Assembly (NCBI GenBank): GCA_043228905.1
Contig: JBHGNT010000028.1
Span: forward strand, 186,001 to 250,000
Length of the DNA stretch: 64,000 nucleotides
Source of the DNA: Azolla caroliniana
Lineage: Eukaryota; Plantae; Polypodiophyta
Direction of reading: 5' to 3'
Part shown: positions 12,460 to 27,200 of the stretch, piece by piece
How positions within the stretch are numbered: position 1 is the first letter of the stretch
Layout of the letters: every line of letters starts with the position of its first letter
The notes under the pieces: generated by a model
Seen by the model: only the letters and a program-made list of their open reading frames with translations
The model's database searches: none
What the model was told of the DNA's origin: nothing
Position numbers and translations under genes: made by a program

Positions 12460-15400
12460 ATCACACTCGCCAGATATGAACATTTTAATTTACCTACTAG
12501 CTCTTCCCAACTCACTCCTCAAATTTGGGAATTTCGTCATGTCTCTCGACCTGAGTTTCAAAATCTTGATTTTTTAATTCCATATCGTAGCTAGCGTTGT
12601 TAGCTTCGATTCGCATGTTTGAACACAAAAATCCGATATCACACTCGCCAGTTATGAACATTTTAATTTACCTACTAGCTCTTCCCAACTCCCTCCTCAT
12701 GTTGCTAATTTTGTCATATCTCTCGACCTGAGTTTCAAAATCTTGATTTTTTAATTCCATATCCTAGCTAGCGTTGTTAGCTTCGATTCGCATGTTTGAA
12801 CACCAAAATCCGATATCCCACTCGCCAGATATGAACATTTTAATTTACCTACTAGCTCTTCCCAACTCACTCCTCAAATTTGCTAATTTCGTCATGTCTC
12901 TCGACCTGAGTTTCAAAATCTTGATTCTTTAATTCCATATCATAGCTAGCGTTGTTAGCTTCGATTCGCATGTTTGAACACAAAAATCCGATATCACACT
13001 CGCAAGTTATGAACATTTTAATTTACCTAGTAGCTCTTCCCAACTCCCTCCTAATGTTGCTAATTTCGTCATGTCTCTCGACCTGAGTTTCAAAATCTTG
13101 ATTTTTTAATTGCATATCATAGCTAGCGTTGTTAGCTTCGATTCGCATGTTTGAACACAAAAATCCGATATCACACTCGCCAGTTATGAACATTTTAATT
13201 TACCTAGTAGCTCTTCCCAACTCCCTCCTAATGTTGCTAATTTCGTCATGTCTCTCGACCTGAGTTTCAAAATCTTGATTTTTTAATTGCATATCATAGC
13301 TAGCGTTGTTAGCTTCGATTCGCATGTTTGAACACAAAAATCCGATATCACACTCGCCAGATATGAACATTTTAATTTACCTACTAGCTCTTCCCAACTC
13401 ACTCCTCAAATTTGGGAATTTCGTCATGTCTCTCGACCTGAGTTTCAAAATCTTGATTTTTTAATTCGAGATCATAGCTAGCATTGTTAGCTTCGATTCG
13501 CATGTTTGAACACAAAAATCCGATATCACACTCGCCAGATATGAACATTTTAATTTACCTACTAGCTCTTCCCAACTCACTCCTCAAATTTGCTAATGTC
13601 GTCATGTCTCTCGACATGAGTTTCAAAATCTTGATTCTTTAATTCCATATCATAGCTAGCGTTGTTAGCTTCGATTCGCATGTTTGAACACAAAAATCCG
13701 ATATCACACTCGCCAGATATGAACATTTTAATTTACCTACTAGCTCTTCCCAACTCACTCCTCAAATTTGGGAATTTCGTCATGTCTCTCGACCTGAGTT
13801 TCAAAATCTTGATTTTTTAATACCATATCGTAGCTAGCGTTGTTAGCTTCGATTCACATGTTTGAACACAAAAATCCGATATCACACGAGCCAGGTATGA
13901 TCATTTTAATTTATTCAAGGGCTCTTCTCAACTCCCTCGTCAAGGTTGCTAATTTCTTCATGTCTCTCGACCTGAGTTTCAAAATCTTGATTTTTTAATT
14001 CGAGATCATAGCTAGCATTGTTAGCTTCAATTCGCATGTTTGAACACAAAAATCCGATATCACACTCGCCAGTTATGAACATTTTAATTTACCTAGTAGC
14101 TCTTCCCAACTCCCTCCTAATGTTGCTAATTTCGTCATGTCTCTCGACCTGAGTTTCAAAATCTTGATTTTTTAATTGCATATCATAGCTAGCGTTGTTA
14201 GCTTCGATTCGCATGTTTGAACACAAAAATCCGATATCACACTCGCCAGATATGAACATTTTAATTTACCTACTAGCTCTTCCCAACTCACTCCTCAAAT
14301 TTGGGAATTTCGTCATGTCTCTCGACCTGAGTTTCAAAATCTTGATTTTTTAATTCGAGATCATAGCTAGCATTGTTAGCTTCGATTCGCATGTTTGAAC
14401 ACAAAAATCCGATATCACACTCGCCAGATATGAACATTTTAATTTACCTACTAGCTCTTCCCAACTCACTCCTCAAATTTGCTAATGTCGTCATGTCTCT
14501 CGACATGAGTTTCAAAATCTTGATTCTTTAATTCCATATCATAGCTAGCGTTGTTAGCTTCGATTCGCATGTTTGAACACAAAAATTGATATCACACTCG
14601 CCAGTTATGAACATTTTAATTTACCTAGTAGCTCTTCCCAACTCCCTCCTAATGTTGCTAATTTCGTCATGTCTCTCGACCTGAGTTTCAAAATCTTGAT
14701 TTTTTAATTGCATATCATAGCTAGCGTTGTTAGCTTCGATTCGCATGTTTGAACACAAAAATCCGATATCACACTCGCCAGATATGAACATTTTAATTTA
14801 CCTACTAGCTCTTCCCAACTCACTCCTCAAATTTGGGAATTTCGTCATGTCTCTCGACCTGAGTTTCAAAATCTTGATTTTTTAATTCCATATCGTAGCT
14901 AGCGTTGTTAGCTTCGATTCGCATGTTTGAACACAAAAATCCGATATCACACTCGCCAGTTATGAACATTTTAATTTACCTAGTAGCTCTTCCCAACTCC
15001 CTCCTAATGTTGCTAATTTCGTCATGTCTCTCGACCTGAGTTTCAAAATCTTGATTTTTTAATTGCATATCATAGCTAGCGTTGTTAGCTTCGATTCGCA
15101 TGTTTGAACACAAAAATCCGATATCACACTCGCCAGATATGAACATTTTAATTTACCTACTAGCTCTTCCCAACTCACTCCTCAAATTTGGGAATTTCGT
15201 CATGTCTCTCGACCTGAGTTTCAAAATCTTGATTTTTTAATTCGAGATCATAGCTAGCATTGTTAGCTTCGATTCGCATGTTTGAACACAAAAATCCGAT
15301 ATCACACTCGCCAGATATGAACATTTTAATTTACCTACTAGCTCTTCCCAACTCACTCCTCAAATTTGCTAATTTCGTCATGTCTCTCGACATGAGTTTC

Positions 15401-16721
15401 AAAATCTTGATTTTTTAATTCCATATCATAGCTAGCGTTGTTAGCTTCGATTCGCATGTTTGAACACAAAAATCCGATATCACACTCGCTAGTTATGAAC
15501 ATTTTAATTTACCTAGTAGCTCTTCCCAACTCCCTCCTAATGTTGCTAATTTCGTCATGTCTCTCGACCTGAGTTTCAAAATCTTGATTTTTTAATTGCA
15601 TATCATAGCTAGCGTTGTTAGCTTCGATTCGCATGTTTGAACACAAAAATCCGATATCACACTCGCCAGATATGAACATTTTAATTTACCTACTAGCTCT
15701 TCCCAACTCACTCCTCAAATTTGGGAATTTCGTCATGTCTCTCGACCTGAGTTTCAAAATCTTGATTTTTTAATTCCATATCGTAGCTAGCGTTGTTAGC
15801 TTCGATTCACATGTTTGAACACAAAAATCCGATATCACACGAGCCAGGTATGATCATTTTAATTTATTCAAGGGCTCTTCTCAACTCCCTCGTCAAGGTT
15901 GCTAATTTCTTCATGTCTCTCGACCTGAGTTTCAAAATCTTGATTTTTTAATTCCATATCATAGCTAGCGTTGTTAGCTTCGATTCGCATGTTTGAACAC
16001 AAAAATCCGATATCACACTCGCCAGTTATGAACATTTTAATTTACCTACTAGCTCTTCCCAACTCCCTCCTCATGTTGCTAATTTTGTCATGTCTCTCGA
16101 CCTGAGTTTCAAAAGTCTTGATTTTTTAATTCCATATCCTAGCTAGCGTTGTTAGCTTCGATTCGCATGTTTGAACACAAAAATCCGATATCCCACTCGC
16201 CAGATATGAACATTTTAATTTACCTACTAGCTCTTCCCAACTCACTCCTCAAATTTGCTAATTTCGTCATGTCTCTCGACCTGAGTTTCAAAATCTTGAT
16301 TCTTTAATTCCATATCATAGCTAGCGTTGTTAGCTTCGATTCGCATGTTTGAACACAAAAATCCGATATCACACTCGCCAGATATGAACATTTTAATTTA
16401 CCTACTAGCTCTTCCCAACTCACTCCTCAAATTTGCTAATTTCGTCATGTCTCTTGACATGAGTTTCAAAATCTTGATTTTTTAATTCCATTTTATAGCT
16501 CGCGTTGTTAGCTTCGATTCGCATGTTTGAACACAAAAATCCGATATCACACTCGCAAGATATGAACATTTTAATTTACCTACTAGCTCTTCCCAACTCA
16601 CTCCTCAAATTTGGGAATTTCGTCATGTCTCTCGACCTGAGTTTCAAAATCTTGATTTTTTAATTCCATATCGTAACTAGCGTTGTTAGCTTCGATTTAC
16701 ATGTTTGAACACAAAAATCCG

Positions 16722-16984
16722 ATATCACACGAGCCAGGTATGATCATTTTAATTTACTCAAGGGCTCTTCTCAACTCCCTCGTCAGCGTTGCTAATTTCG
16801 TCATGTTTGAATCTTGACTTTTTAATTCAAAATCTTGAACACTCCAGGGTTCCTCTCAACTCCCTCGTCAAGGTTGCTAATTTCGTGATGTCTCTCGACC
16901 TGAGATTCAAAATCTTGAGTTTTTAATTCCATATCATAGCTAGCGTTGTTAGCTTCGATTCGCATGGTTGAACACAAAAATCCG
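16722..16984 (+). other. Fused D-E monomers: 127-bp deletion replaced by 34-bp filler
   Basis: D stops after tcatgt (16806). The filler ttgaatcttgactttttaattcaaaatcttgaac occupies 16807-16840. E resumes at actccaggg (16841). The two monomers span 263 bp instead of 356. Confidence 0.9.
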
Positions 16985-18227
16985 ATATCACACGCACCAG
17001 ATATGAACATTTTAATTTACCTACTAGCTCTTCCCAACTCACTCCTCAAATTTGGGAATTTCGTCATGTCTCTCGACCTGAGTTTCAAAATCTTGATTTT
17101 TTAATTCCATATCATAGCTAACGTAGTTAGCTTCGATTCGCATGATTGAACACAAAAATCCGATATCACAGGAGCCAGGTATGATCATTTTAATTTACCT
17201 ACTAGCTCTTCCCAACTCCCTCCTCATGTTGCTAATTTTGTCATGTCTCTCGACCTGAGTTTCAAAATCTTGATTTTTTTATTCCATATCCTAGCTAGCG
17301 TTGTTAGCTTCGATTCGCATGTTTGAACACAAAAATCCGATATCCCACTCGCCAGATATGAATATTTTAATTTACCTACTAGCTCTTCCCAACTCACTCC
17401 TCAAATTTGGGAATTTCGTCATGTCTCTCGACCTGAGTTTCAAAATCTTGATTTTTTAATTCCATATCGTAGCTAGCGTTGTTAGCTTCGATTCACATGT
17501 TTGAACACAAAAATCCGATATCACACGAGCCAGGTATGATCATTTTAATTTACTCAAGGGCTCTTCTCAACTCCCTCGTCAAGGTTGCTAATTTCTTCAT
17601 GTCTCTCGACCTGAGTTTCAAAATCTTGATTTTTTAATTCCATATCATAGCTAGCGTTGTTAGCTTCGATTCGCATGTTTGAACCCAAAAATCCGATATC
17701 ACACTCGCCAGTTATGAACATTTTAATTTACCTACTAGCTCTTCCCAACTCCCTCCTCATGTTGCTAATTTTGTCATGTCTCTCGACCTGAGTTTCAAAA
17801 TCTTGATTTTTTAATTCCATATCCTAGCTAGCGTTGTTAGCTTCGATTCGCATGTTTGAACACAAAAATCCGATATCACACGAGCCAGGTATGAACATTT
17901 TAATTTACCTAGTAGCTCTTCCCAACTCCCTCCTAATGTTGCTAATTTCGTCATGTCTCTCGACCTGAGTTTCAAAATCTTGATTTTTTAATTGCATATC
18001 ATAGCTAGCGTTGTTAGCTTCGATTCGCATGTTTGAACACAAAAATCCGATATCACACTCGCCAGATATGAACATTTTAATTTACCTACTAGCTCTTCCC
18101 AACTCACTCCTCAAATTTGGGAATTTCGTCATGTCTCTCGACCTGAGTTTCAAAATCTTGATTTTTTAATACCATATCGTAGCTAGCGTTGTTAGCTTCG
18201 ATTCACATGTTTGAACACAAAAATCCG

Positions 18228-21200
18228 ATATCACACGAGCCAGGTATGATCATTTTAATTTATTCAAGGGCTCTTCTCAACTCCCTCGTCAAGGTTGCTA
18301 ATTTCTTCATGTCTCTCGACCTGAGTTTGAAAATCTTGATTTTTTAATTCGAGATCATAGCTAGCATTGTTAGCTTCAATTCGCATGTTTGAACACAAAA
18401 ATCCGATATCACACTCGCCAGATATGAACATTTTAATTTACCTACTAGCTCTTCCCAACTCACTCCTCAAATTTGCTAATTTCGTCATGTCTCTCGACAT
18501 GAGTTTCAAAATCTTGATTTTTTAATTCCATATCATAGCTAGCGTTGTTAGCTTCGATTCGCATGTTTGAACACAAAAATCCGATATCACACTCGCCAGT
18601 TATGAACATTTTAATTTACCTAGTAGCTCTTCCCAACTCCCTCCTAATGTTGCTAATTTCGTCATGTCTCTCGACCTGAGTTTCAAAATCTTGATTTTTT
18701 AATTGCATATCATAGCTAGCGTTGTTAGCTTCGATTCGCATGTTTGAACACAAAAATCCGATATCACACTCGCCAGATATGAACATTTTAATTTACCTAC
18801 TAGCTCTTCCCAACTCACTCCTCAAATTTGGGAATTTCGTCATGTCTCTCGACCTGAGTTTCAAAATCTTGATTTTTTAATTCCATATCGTAGCTAGCGT
18901 TGTTAGCTTCGATTCGCATGTTTGAACACAAAAATCCGATATCACACTCGCCAGTTATGAACATTTTAATTTACCTAGTAGCTCTTCCCAACTCCCTCCT
19001 AATGTTGCTAATTTCGTCATGTCTCTCGACCTGAGTTTCAAAATCTTGATTTTTTAATTGCATATCATAGCTAGCGTTGTTAGCTTCGATTCGCATGTTT
19101 GAACACAAAAATCCGATATCACACTCGCCAGATATGAACATTTTAATTTACCTACTAGCTCTTCCCAACTCACTCCTCAAATTTGGGAATTTCGTCATGT
19201 CTCTCGACCTGAGTTTCAAAATCTTGATTTTTTAATTCGAGATCATAGCTAGCATTGTTAGCTTCGATTCGCATGTTTGAACACAAAAATCCGATATCAC
19301 ACTCGCCAGATATGAACATTTTAATTTACCTACTAGCTCTTCCCAACTCACTCCTCAAATTTGGGAATTTCGTCATGTCTCTCGACCTGAGTTTCAAAAT
19401 CTTGATTTTTTAATTCCATATCGTAGCTAGCGTTGTTAGCTTCGATTCACATGTTTGAACACAAAAATCCGATATCACACGAGCCAGGTATGATCATTTT
19501 AATTTATTCAAGGGCTCTTCTCAACTCCCTCGTCAAGGTTGCTAATTTCTTCATGTCTCTCGACCTGAGTTTCAAAATCTTGATTTTTTAATTCGAGATC
19601 ATAGCTAGCATTGTTAGCTTCAATTCGCATGTTTGAACACAAAAATCCGATATCACACTCGCCAGATATGAACATTTTAATTTACCTACTAGCTCTTCCC
19701 AACTCACTCCTCAAATTTGCTAATTTCGTCATGTCTCTCGACATGAGTTTCAAAATCTTGATTTTTTAATTCCATATCATAGCTAGCGTTGTTAGCTTCG
19801 ATTCGCATGTTTGAACACAAAAATCCGATATCACACTCGCCAGTTATGAACATTTTAATTTACCTAGTAGCTCTTCCCAACTCCCTCCTAATGTTGCTAA
19901 TTTCGTCATGTCTCTCGACCTGAGTTTCAAAATCTTGATTTTTTAATTGCATATCATAGCTAGCGTTGTTAGCTTCGATTCGCATGTTTGAACACAAAAA
20001 TCCGATATCACACTCGCCAGATATGAACATTTTAATTTACCTACTAGCTCTTCCCAACTCACTCCTCAAATTTGGGAATTTCGTCATGTCTCTCGACCTG
20101 AGTTTCAAAATCTTGATTTTTTAATTCCATATCGTAGCTAGCGTTGTTAGCTTCGATTCGCATGTTTGAACACAAAAATCCGATATCACACTCGCCAGTT
20201 ATGAACATTTTAATTTACCTAGTAGCTCTTCCCAACACCCTCCTAATGTTGCTAATTTCGTCATGTCTCTCGACCTGAGTTTCAAAATCTTGATTTTTTA
20301 ATTCCATATCATAGCTAGCGTTGTTAGCTTCGATTCGCATGGTTGAACACAAAAAACCGATATCACACGCACCAGATATGAACATTTTAATTTACCTACT
20401 AGCTCTTCCCAACTCACTCCTCAAATTTGGGAATTTCGTCATGTCTCTCGACCTGAGTTTCAAAATCTTGATTTTTTAATTCCATATCATAGCTAACGTA
20501 GTTAGCTTCGATTCGCATGATTGAACACAAAAATCCGATATCACAGGAGCCAGGTATGATCATTTTAATTTACCTACTAGCTCTTCCCAACTCCCTCCTC
20601 ATGTTGCTAATTTTGTCATGTCTCTCGACCTGAGTTTCAAAATCTTGATTTTTTAATTCGAGATCATAGCTAGCATTGTTAGCTTCGATTCGCATGTTTG
20701 AACACAAAAATCCGATATCACACTCGCCAGATATGAACATTTTAATTTACCTACTAGCTCTTCCCAACTCACTCCTCAAATTTGGGAATTTCGTCATGTC
20801 TCTCGACCTGAGTTTCAAAATCTTGATTTTTTAATTCCATATCGTAGCTAGCGTTGTTAGCTTCGATTCGCATGTTTGAACACAAAAATCCGATATCACA
20901 CGAGCCAGGTATGATCATTTTAATTTATTCAAGGGCTCTTCTCAACTCCCTCGTCAAGGTTGCTAATTTCTTCATGTCTCTCGACCTGAGTTTCAAAATC
21001 TTGATTTTTTAATTCGAGATCATAGCTAGCATTGTTAGCTTCAATTCGCATGTTTGAACACAAAAATCCGATATCACACTCGCCAGATATGAACATTTTA
21101 ATTTACCTACTAGCTCTTCCCAACTCACTCCTCAAATTTGCTAATTTCGTCATGTCTCTCGACATGAGTTTCAAAATCTTGATTTTTTAATTCCATATCA

Positions 21201-24200
21201 TAGCTAGCGTTGTTAGCTTCGATTCGCATGTTTGAACACAAAAATCCGATATCACACTCGCCAGTTATGAACATTTTAATTTACCTAGTAGCTCTTCCCA
21301 ACTCCCTCCTAATGTTGCTAATTTCGTCATGTCTCTCGACCTGAGTTTCAAAATCTTGATTTTTTAATTGCATATCATAGCTAGCGTTGTTAGCTTCGAT
21401 TCGCATGTTTGAACACAAAAATCCGATATCACACTCGCCAGATATGAACATTTTAATTTACCTACTAGCTCTTCCCAACTCACTCCTCAAATTTGGGAAT
21501 TTCGTCATGTCTCTCGACCTGAGTTTCAAAATCTTGATTTTTTAATTCCATATCGTAGCTAGCGTTGTTAGCTTCGATTCGCATGTTTGAACACAAAAAT
21601 CCGATATCACACTCGCCAGTTATGAACATTTTAATTTACCTAGTAGCTCTTCCCAACTCCCTCCTAATGTTGCTAATTTCGTCATGTCTCTCGACCTGAG
21701 TTTCAAAATCTTGATTTTTTAATTCCATATCATAGCTAGCGTTGTTAGCTTCGATTCGCATGTTTGAACACAAAAATCCGATATCACACTCGCCAGATAT
21801 GAACATTTTAATTTACCTACTAGCTCTTCCCAACTCACTCCTCAAATTTGGGAATTTCGTCATGTCTCTCGACCTGAGTTTCAAAATCTTGATTTTTTAA
21901 TTCCATATCGTAGCTAGCGTTGTTAGCTTCGATTCGCATGTTTGAACACAAAAATCCGATATCACACTCGCCAGTTATGAACATTTTAATTTACCTAGTA
22001 GCTCTTCCCAACTCCCTCCTAATGTTGCTAATTTCGTCATGTCTCTCGACCTGAGTTTCAAAATCTTGATTTTTTAATTGCATATCATAGCTAGCGTTGT
22101 TAGCTTCGATTCGCATGTTTGAACACAAAAATCCGATATCACACTCGCCAGATATGAACATTTTAATTTACCTACTAGCTCTTCCCAACTCACTCCTCAA
22201 ATTTGGGAATTTCGTCATGTCTCTCGACCTGAGTTTCAAAATCTTGATTTTTTAATACCATATCGTAGCTAGCGTTGTTAGCTTCGATTCACATGTTTGA
22301 ACACAAAAATCCGATATCACACGAGCCAGGTATGATCATTTTAATTTATTCAAGGGCTCTTCTCAACTCCCTCGTCAAGGTTGCTAATTTCTTCATGTCT
22401 CTCGACCTGAGTTTCAAAATCTTGATTTTTTAATTCGAGATCATAGCTAGCATTGTTAGCTTCAATTCGCATGTTTGAACACAAAAATCCGATATCACAC
22501 TCGCCAGATATGAACATTTTAATTTACCTACTAGCTCTTCCCAACTCACTCCTCAAATTTGCTAATTTCGTCATGTCTCTCGACATGAGTTTCAAAATCT
22601 TGATTTTTTAATTCCATATCATAGCTAGCGTTGTTAGCTTCGATTCGCATGTTTGAACACAAAAATCCGATATCACACTCGCCAGTTATGAACATTTTAA
22701 TTTACCTAGTAGCTCTTCCCAACTCCCTCCTAATGTTGCTAATTTCGTCATGTCTCTCGACCTGAGTTTCAAAATCTTGATTTTTTAATTGCATATCATA
22801 GCTAGCGTTGTTAGCTTCGATTCGCATGTTTGAACACAAAAATCCGATATCACACTCGCCAGATATGAACATTTTAATTTACCTACTAGCTCTTCCCAAC
22901 TCACTCCTCAAATTTGGGAATTTCGTCATGTCTCTCGACCTGAGTTTCAAAATCTTGATTTTTTAATTCCATATCGTAGCTAGCGTTGTTAGCTTCGATT
23001 CGCATGTTTGAACACAAAAATCCGATATCACACTCGCCAGTTATGAACATTTTAATTTACCTAGTAGCTCTTCCCAACTCCCTCCTAATGTTGCTAATTT
23101 CGTCATGTCTCTCGACCTGAGTTTCAAAATCTTGATTTTTTAATTCCATATCATAGCTAGCGTTGTTAGCTTCGATTCGCATGTTTGAACACAAAAATCC
23201 GATATCACACTCGCCAGATATGAACATTTTAATTTACCTACTAGCTCTTCCCAACTCACTCCTCAAATTTGGGAATTTCGTCATGTCTCTCGACCTGAGT
23301 TTCAAAATCTTGATTTTTTAATTCCATATCGTAGCTAGCGTTGTTAGCTTCGATTCACATGTTTGAACACAAAAATCCGATATCACACGAGCCAGGTATG
23401 ATCATTTTAATTTATTCAAGGGCTCTTCTCAACTCCCTCGTCAAGGTTGCTAATTTCTTCATGTCTCTCGACCTGAGTTTCAAAATCTTGATTTTTTAAT
23501 TCGAGATCATAGCTAGCATTGTTAGCTTCGATTCGCATGTTTGAACACAAAAATCCGATATCACACTCGCCAGATATGAACATTTTAATTTACCTACTAG
23601 CTCTTCCCAACTCACTCCTCAAATTTGCTAATTTCGTCATGTCTCTCGACATGAGTTTCAAAATCTTGATTTTTTAATTCCATATCATAGCTAGCGTTGT
23701 TAGCTTCGATTCGCATGTTTGAACACAAAAATCCGATATCACACTCGCCAGTTATGAACATTTTAATTTACCTAGTAGCTCTTCCCAACTCCCTCCTAAT
23801 GTTGCTAATTTCGTCATGTCTCTCGACCTGAGTTTCAAAATCTTGATTTTTTAATTGCATATCATAGCTAGCGTTGTTAGCTTCGATTCGCATGTTTGAA
23901 CCCAAAAATCCGATATCACACTCGCCAGATATGAACATTTTAATTTACCTACTAGCTCTTCCCAACTCCCTCCTCAAATTTGGGAATTTCGTCATGTCTC
24001 TCGACCTGAGTTTCAAAATCTTGATTTTTTAATTCCATATCGTAGCTAGCGTTGTTAGCTTCGATTCGCATGTTTGAACACAAAAATCCGATATCACACT
24101 CGCCAGTTATGAACATTTTAATTTACCTAGTAGCTCTTCCCAACTCCCTCCTAATGTTGCTAATTTCGTCATGTCTCTCGACCTGAGTTTCAAAATCTTG

Positions 24201-27200
24201 ATTTTTTAATTCCATATCATAGCTAGCGTTGTTAGCTTCGATTCGCATGTTTGAACACAAAAATCCGATATCACACTCGCCAGATATGAACATTTTAATT
24301 TACCTACTAGCTCTTCCCAACTCACTCCTCAAATTTGGGAATTTCGTCATGTCTCTCGACCTGAGTTTCAAAATCTTGATTTTTTAATACCATATCGTAG
24401 CTAGCGTTGTTAGCTTCGATTCACATGTTTGAACACAAAAATCCGATATCACACGAGCCAGGTATGATCATTTTAATTTATTCAAGGGCTCTTCTCAACT
24501 CCCTCGTCAAGGTTGCTAATTTCTTCATGTCTCTCGACCTGAGTTTGAAAATCTTGATTTTTTAATTCGAGATCATAGCTAGCATTGTTAGCTTCAATTC
24601 GCATGTTTGAACACAAAAATCCGATATCACACTCGCCAGATATGAACATTTTAATTTACCTACTAGCTCTTCCCAACTCACTCCTCAAATTTGCTAATTT
24701 CGTCATGTCTCTCGACATGAGTTTCAAAATCTTGATTTTTTAATTCCATATCATAGCTAGCGTTGTTAGCTTCGATTCGCATGTTTGAACACAAAAATCC
24801 GATATCACACTCGCCAGTTATGAACATTTTAATTTACCTAGTAGCTCTTCCCAACTCCCTCCTAATGTTGCTAATTTCGTCATGTCTCTCGACCTGAGTT
24901 TCAAAATCTTGATTTTTTAATTGCATATCATAGCTAGCGTTGTTAGCTTCGATTCGCATGTTTGAACACAAAAATCCGATATCACACTCGCCAGATATGA
25001 ACATTTTAATTTACCTACTAGCTCTTCCCAACTCACTCCTCAAATTTGGGAATTTCGTCATGTCTCTCGACCTGAGTTTCAAAATCTTGATTTTTTAATT
25101 CCATATCGTAGCTAGCGTTGTTAGCTTCGATTCGCATGTTTGAACACAAAAATCCGATATCACACTCGCCAGTTATGAACATTTTAATTTACCTAGTAGC
25201 TCTTCCCAACTCCCTCCTAATGTTGCTAATTTCGTCATGTCTCTCGACCTGAGTTTCAAAATCTTGATTTTTTAATTGCATATCATAGCTAGCGTTGTTA
25301 GCTTCGATTCGCATGTTTGAACACAAAAATCCGATATCACACTCGCCAGATATGAACATTTTAATTTACCTACTAGCTCTTCCCAACTCACTCCTCAAAT
25401 TTGGGAATTTCGTCATGTCTCTCGACCTGAGTTTCAAAATCTTGATTTTTTAATTCGAGATCATAGCTAGCATTGTTAGCTTCGATTCGCATGTTTGAAC
25501 ACAAAAATCCGATATCACACTCGCCAGATATGAACATTTTAATTTACCTACTAGCTCTTCCCAACTCACTCCTCAAATTTGGGAATTTCGTCATGTCTCT
25601 CGACCTGAGTTTCAAAATCTTGATTTTTTAATTCCATATCGTAGCTAGCGTTGTTAGCTTCGATTCACATGTTTGAACACAAAAATCCGATATCACACGA
25701 GCCAGGTATGATCATTTTAATTTATTCAAGGGCTCTTCTCAACTCCCTCGTCAAGGTTGCTAATTTCTTCATGTCTCTCGACCTGAGTTTCAAAATCTTG
25801 ATTTTTTAATTCGAGATCATAGCTAGCATTGTTAGCTTCAATTCGCATGTTTGAACACAAAAATCCGATATCACACTCGCCAGATATGAACATTTTAATT
25901 TACCTACTAGCTCTTCCCAACTCACTCCTCAAATTTGCTAATTTCGTCATGTCTCTCGACATGAGTTTCAAAATCTTGATTTTTTAATTCCATATCATAG
26001 CTAGCGTTGTTAGCTTCGATTCGCATGTTTGAACACAAAAATCCGATATCACACTCGCCAGTTATGAACATTTTAATTTACCTAGTAGCTCTTCCCAACT
26101 CCCTCCTAATGTTGCTAATTTCGTCATGTCTCTCGACCTGAGTTTCAAAATCTTGATTTTTTAATTGCATATCATAGCTAGCGTTGTTAGCTTCGATTCG
26201 CATGTTTGAACACAAAAATCCGATATCACACTCGCCAGATATGAACATTTTAATTTACCTACTAGCTCTTCCCAACTCACTCCTCAAATTTGGGAATTTC
26301 GTCATGTCTCTCGACCTGAGTTTCAAAATCTTGATTTTTTAATTCCATATCGTAGCTAGCGTTGTTAGCTTCGATTCGCATGTTTGAACACAAAAATCCG
26401 ATATCACACTCGCCAGTTATGAACATTTTAATTTACCTAGTAGCTCTTCCCAACTCCCTCCTAATGTTGCTAATTTCGTCATGTCTCTCGACCTGAGTTT
26501 CAAAATCTTGATTTTTTAATTCCATATCATAGCTAGCGTTGTTAGCTTCGATTCGCATGTTTGAACACAAAAATCCGATATCACACTCGCCAGATATGAA
26601 CATTTTAATTTACCTACTAGCTCTTCCCAACTCACTCCTCAAATTTGGGAATTTCGTCATGTCTCTCGACCTGAGTTTCAAAATCTTGATTTTTTAATTC
26701 GAGATCATAGCTAGCATTGTTAGCTTCGATTCGCATGTTTGAACACAAAAATCCGATATCACACTCGCCAGATATGAACATTTTAATTTACCTACTAGCT
26801 CTTCCCAACTCACTCCTCAAATTTGGGAATTTCGTCATGTCTCTCGACCTGAGTTTCAAAATCTTGATTTTTTAATTCCATATCGTAGCTAGCGTTGTTA
26901 GCTTCGATTCACATGTTTGAACACAAAAATCCGATATCACACGAGCCAGGTATGATCATTTTAATTTATTCAAGGGCTCTTCTCAACTCCCTCGTCAAGG
27001 TTGCTAATTTCTTCATGTCTCTCGACCTGAGTTTCAAAATCTTGATTTTTTAATTCGAGATCATAGCTAGCATTGTTAGCTTCAATTCGCATGTTTGAAC
27101 ACAAAAATCCGATATCACACTCGCCAGATATGAACATTTTAATTTACCTACTAGCTCTTCCCAACTCACTCCTCAAATTTGCTAATTTCGTCATGTCTCT

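Noticed and set aside
16822-17010. 62-aa minus-strand ORF
   Set aside because: Chance read-through of the E monomer into the deletion filler. Its similarity to the other ORF only reflects the shared repeat.
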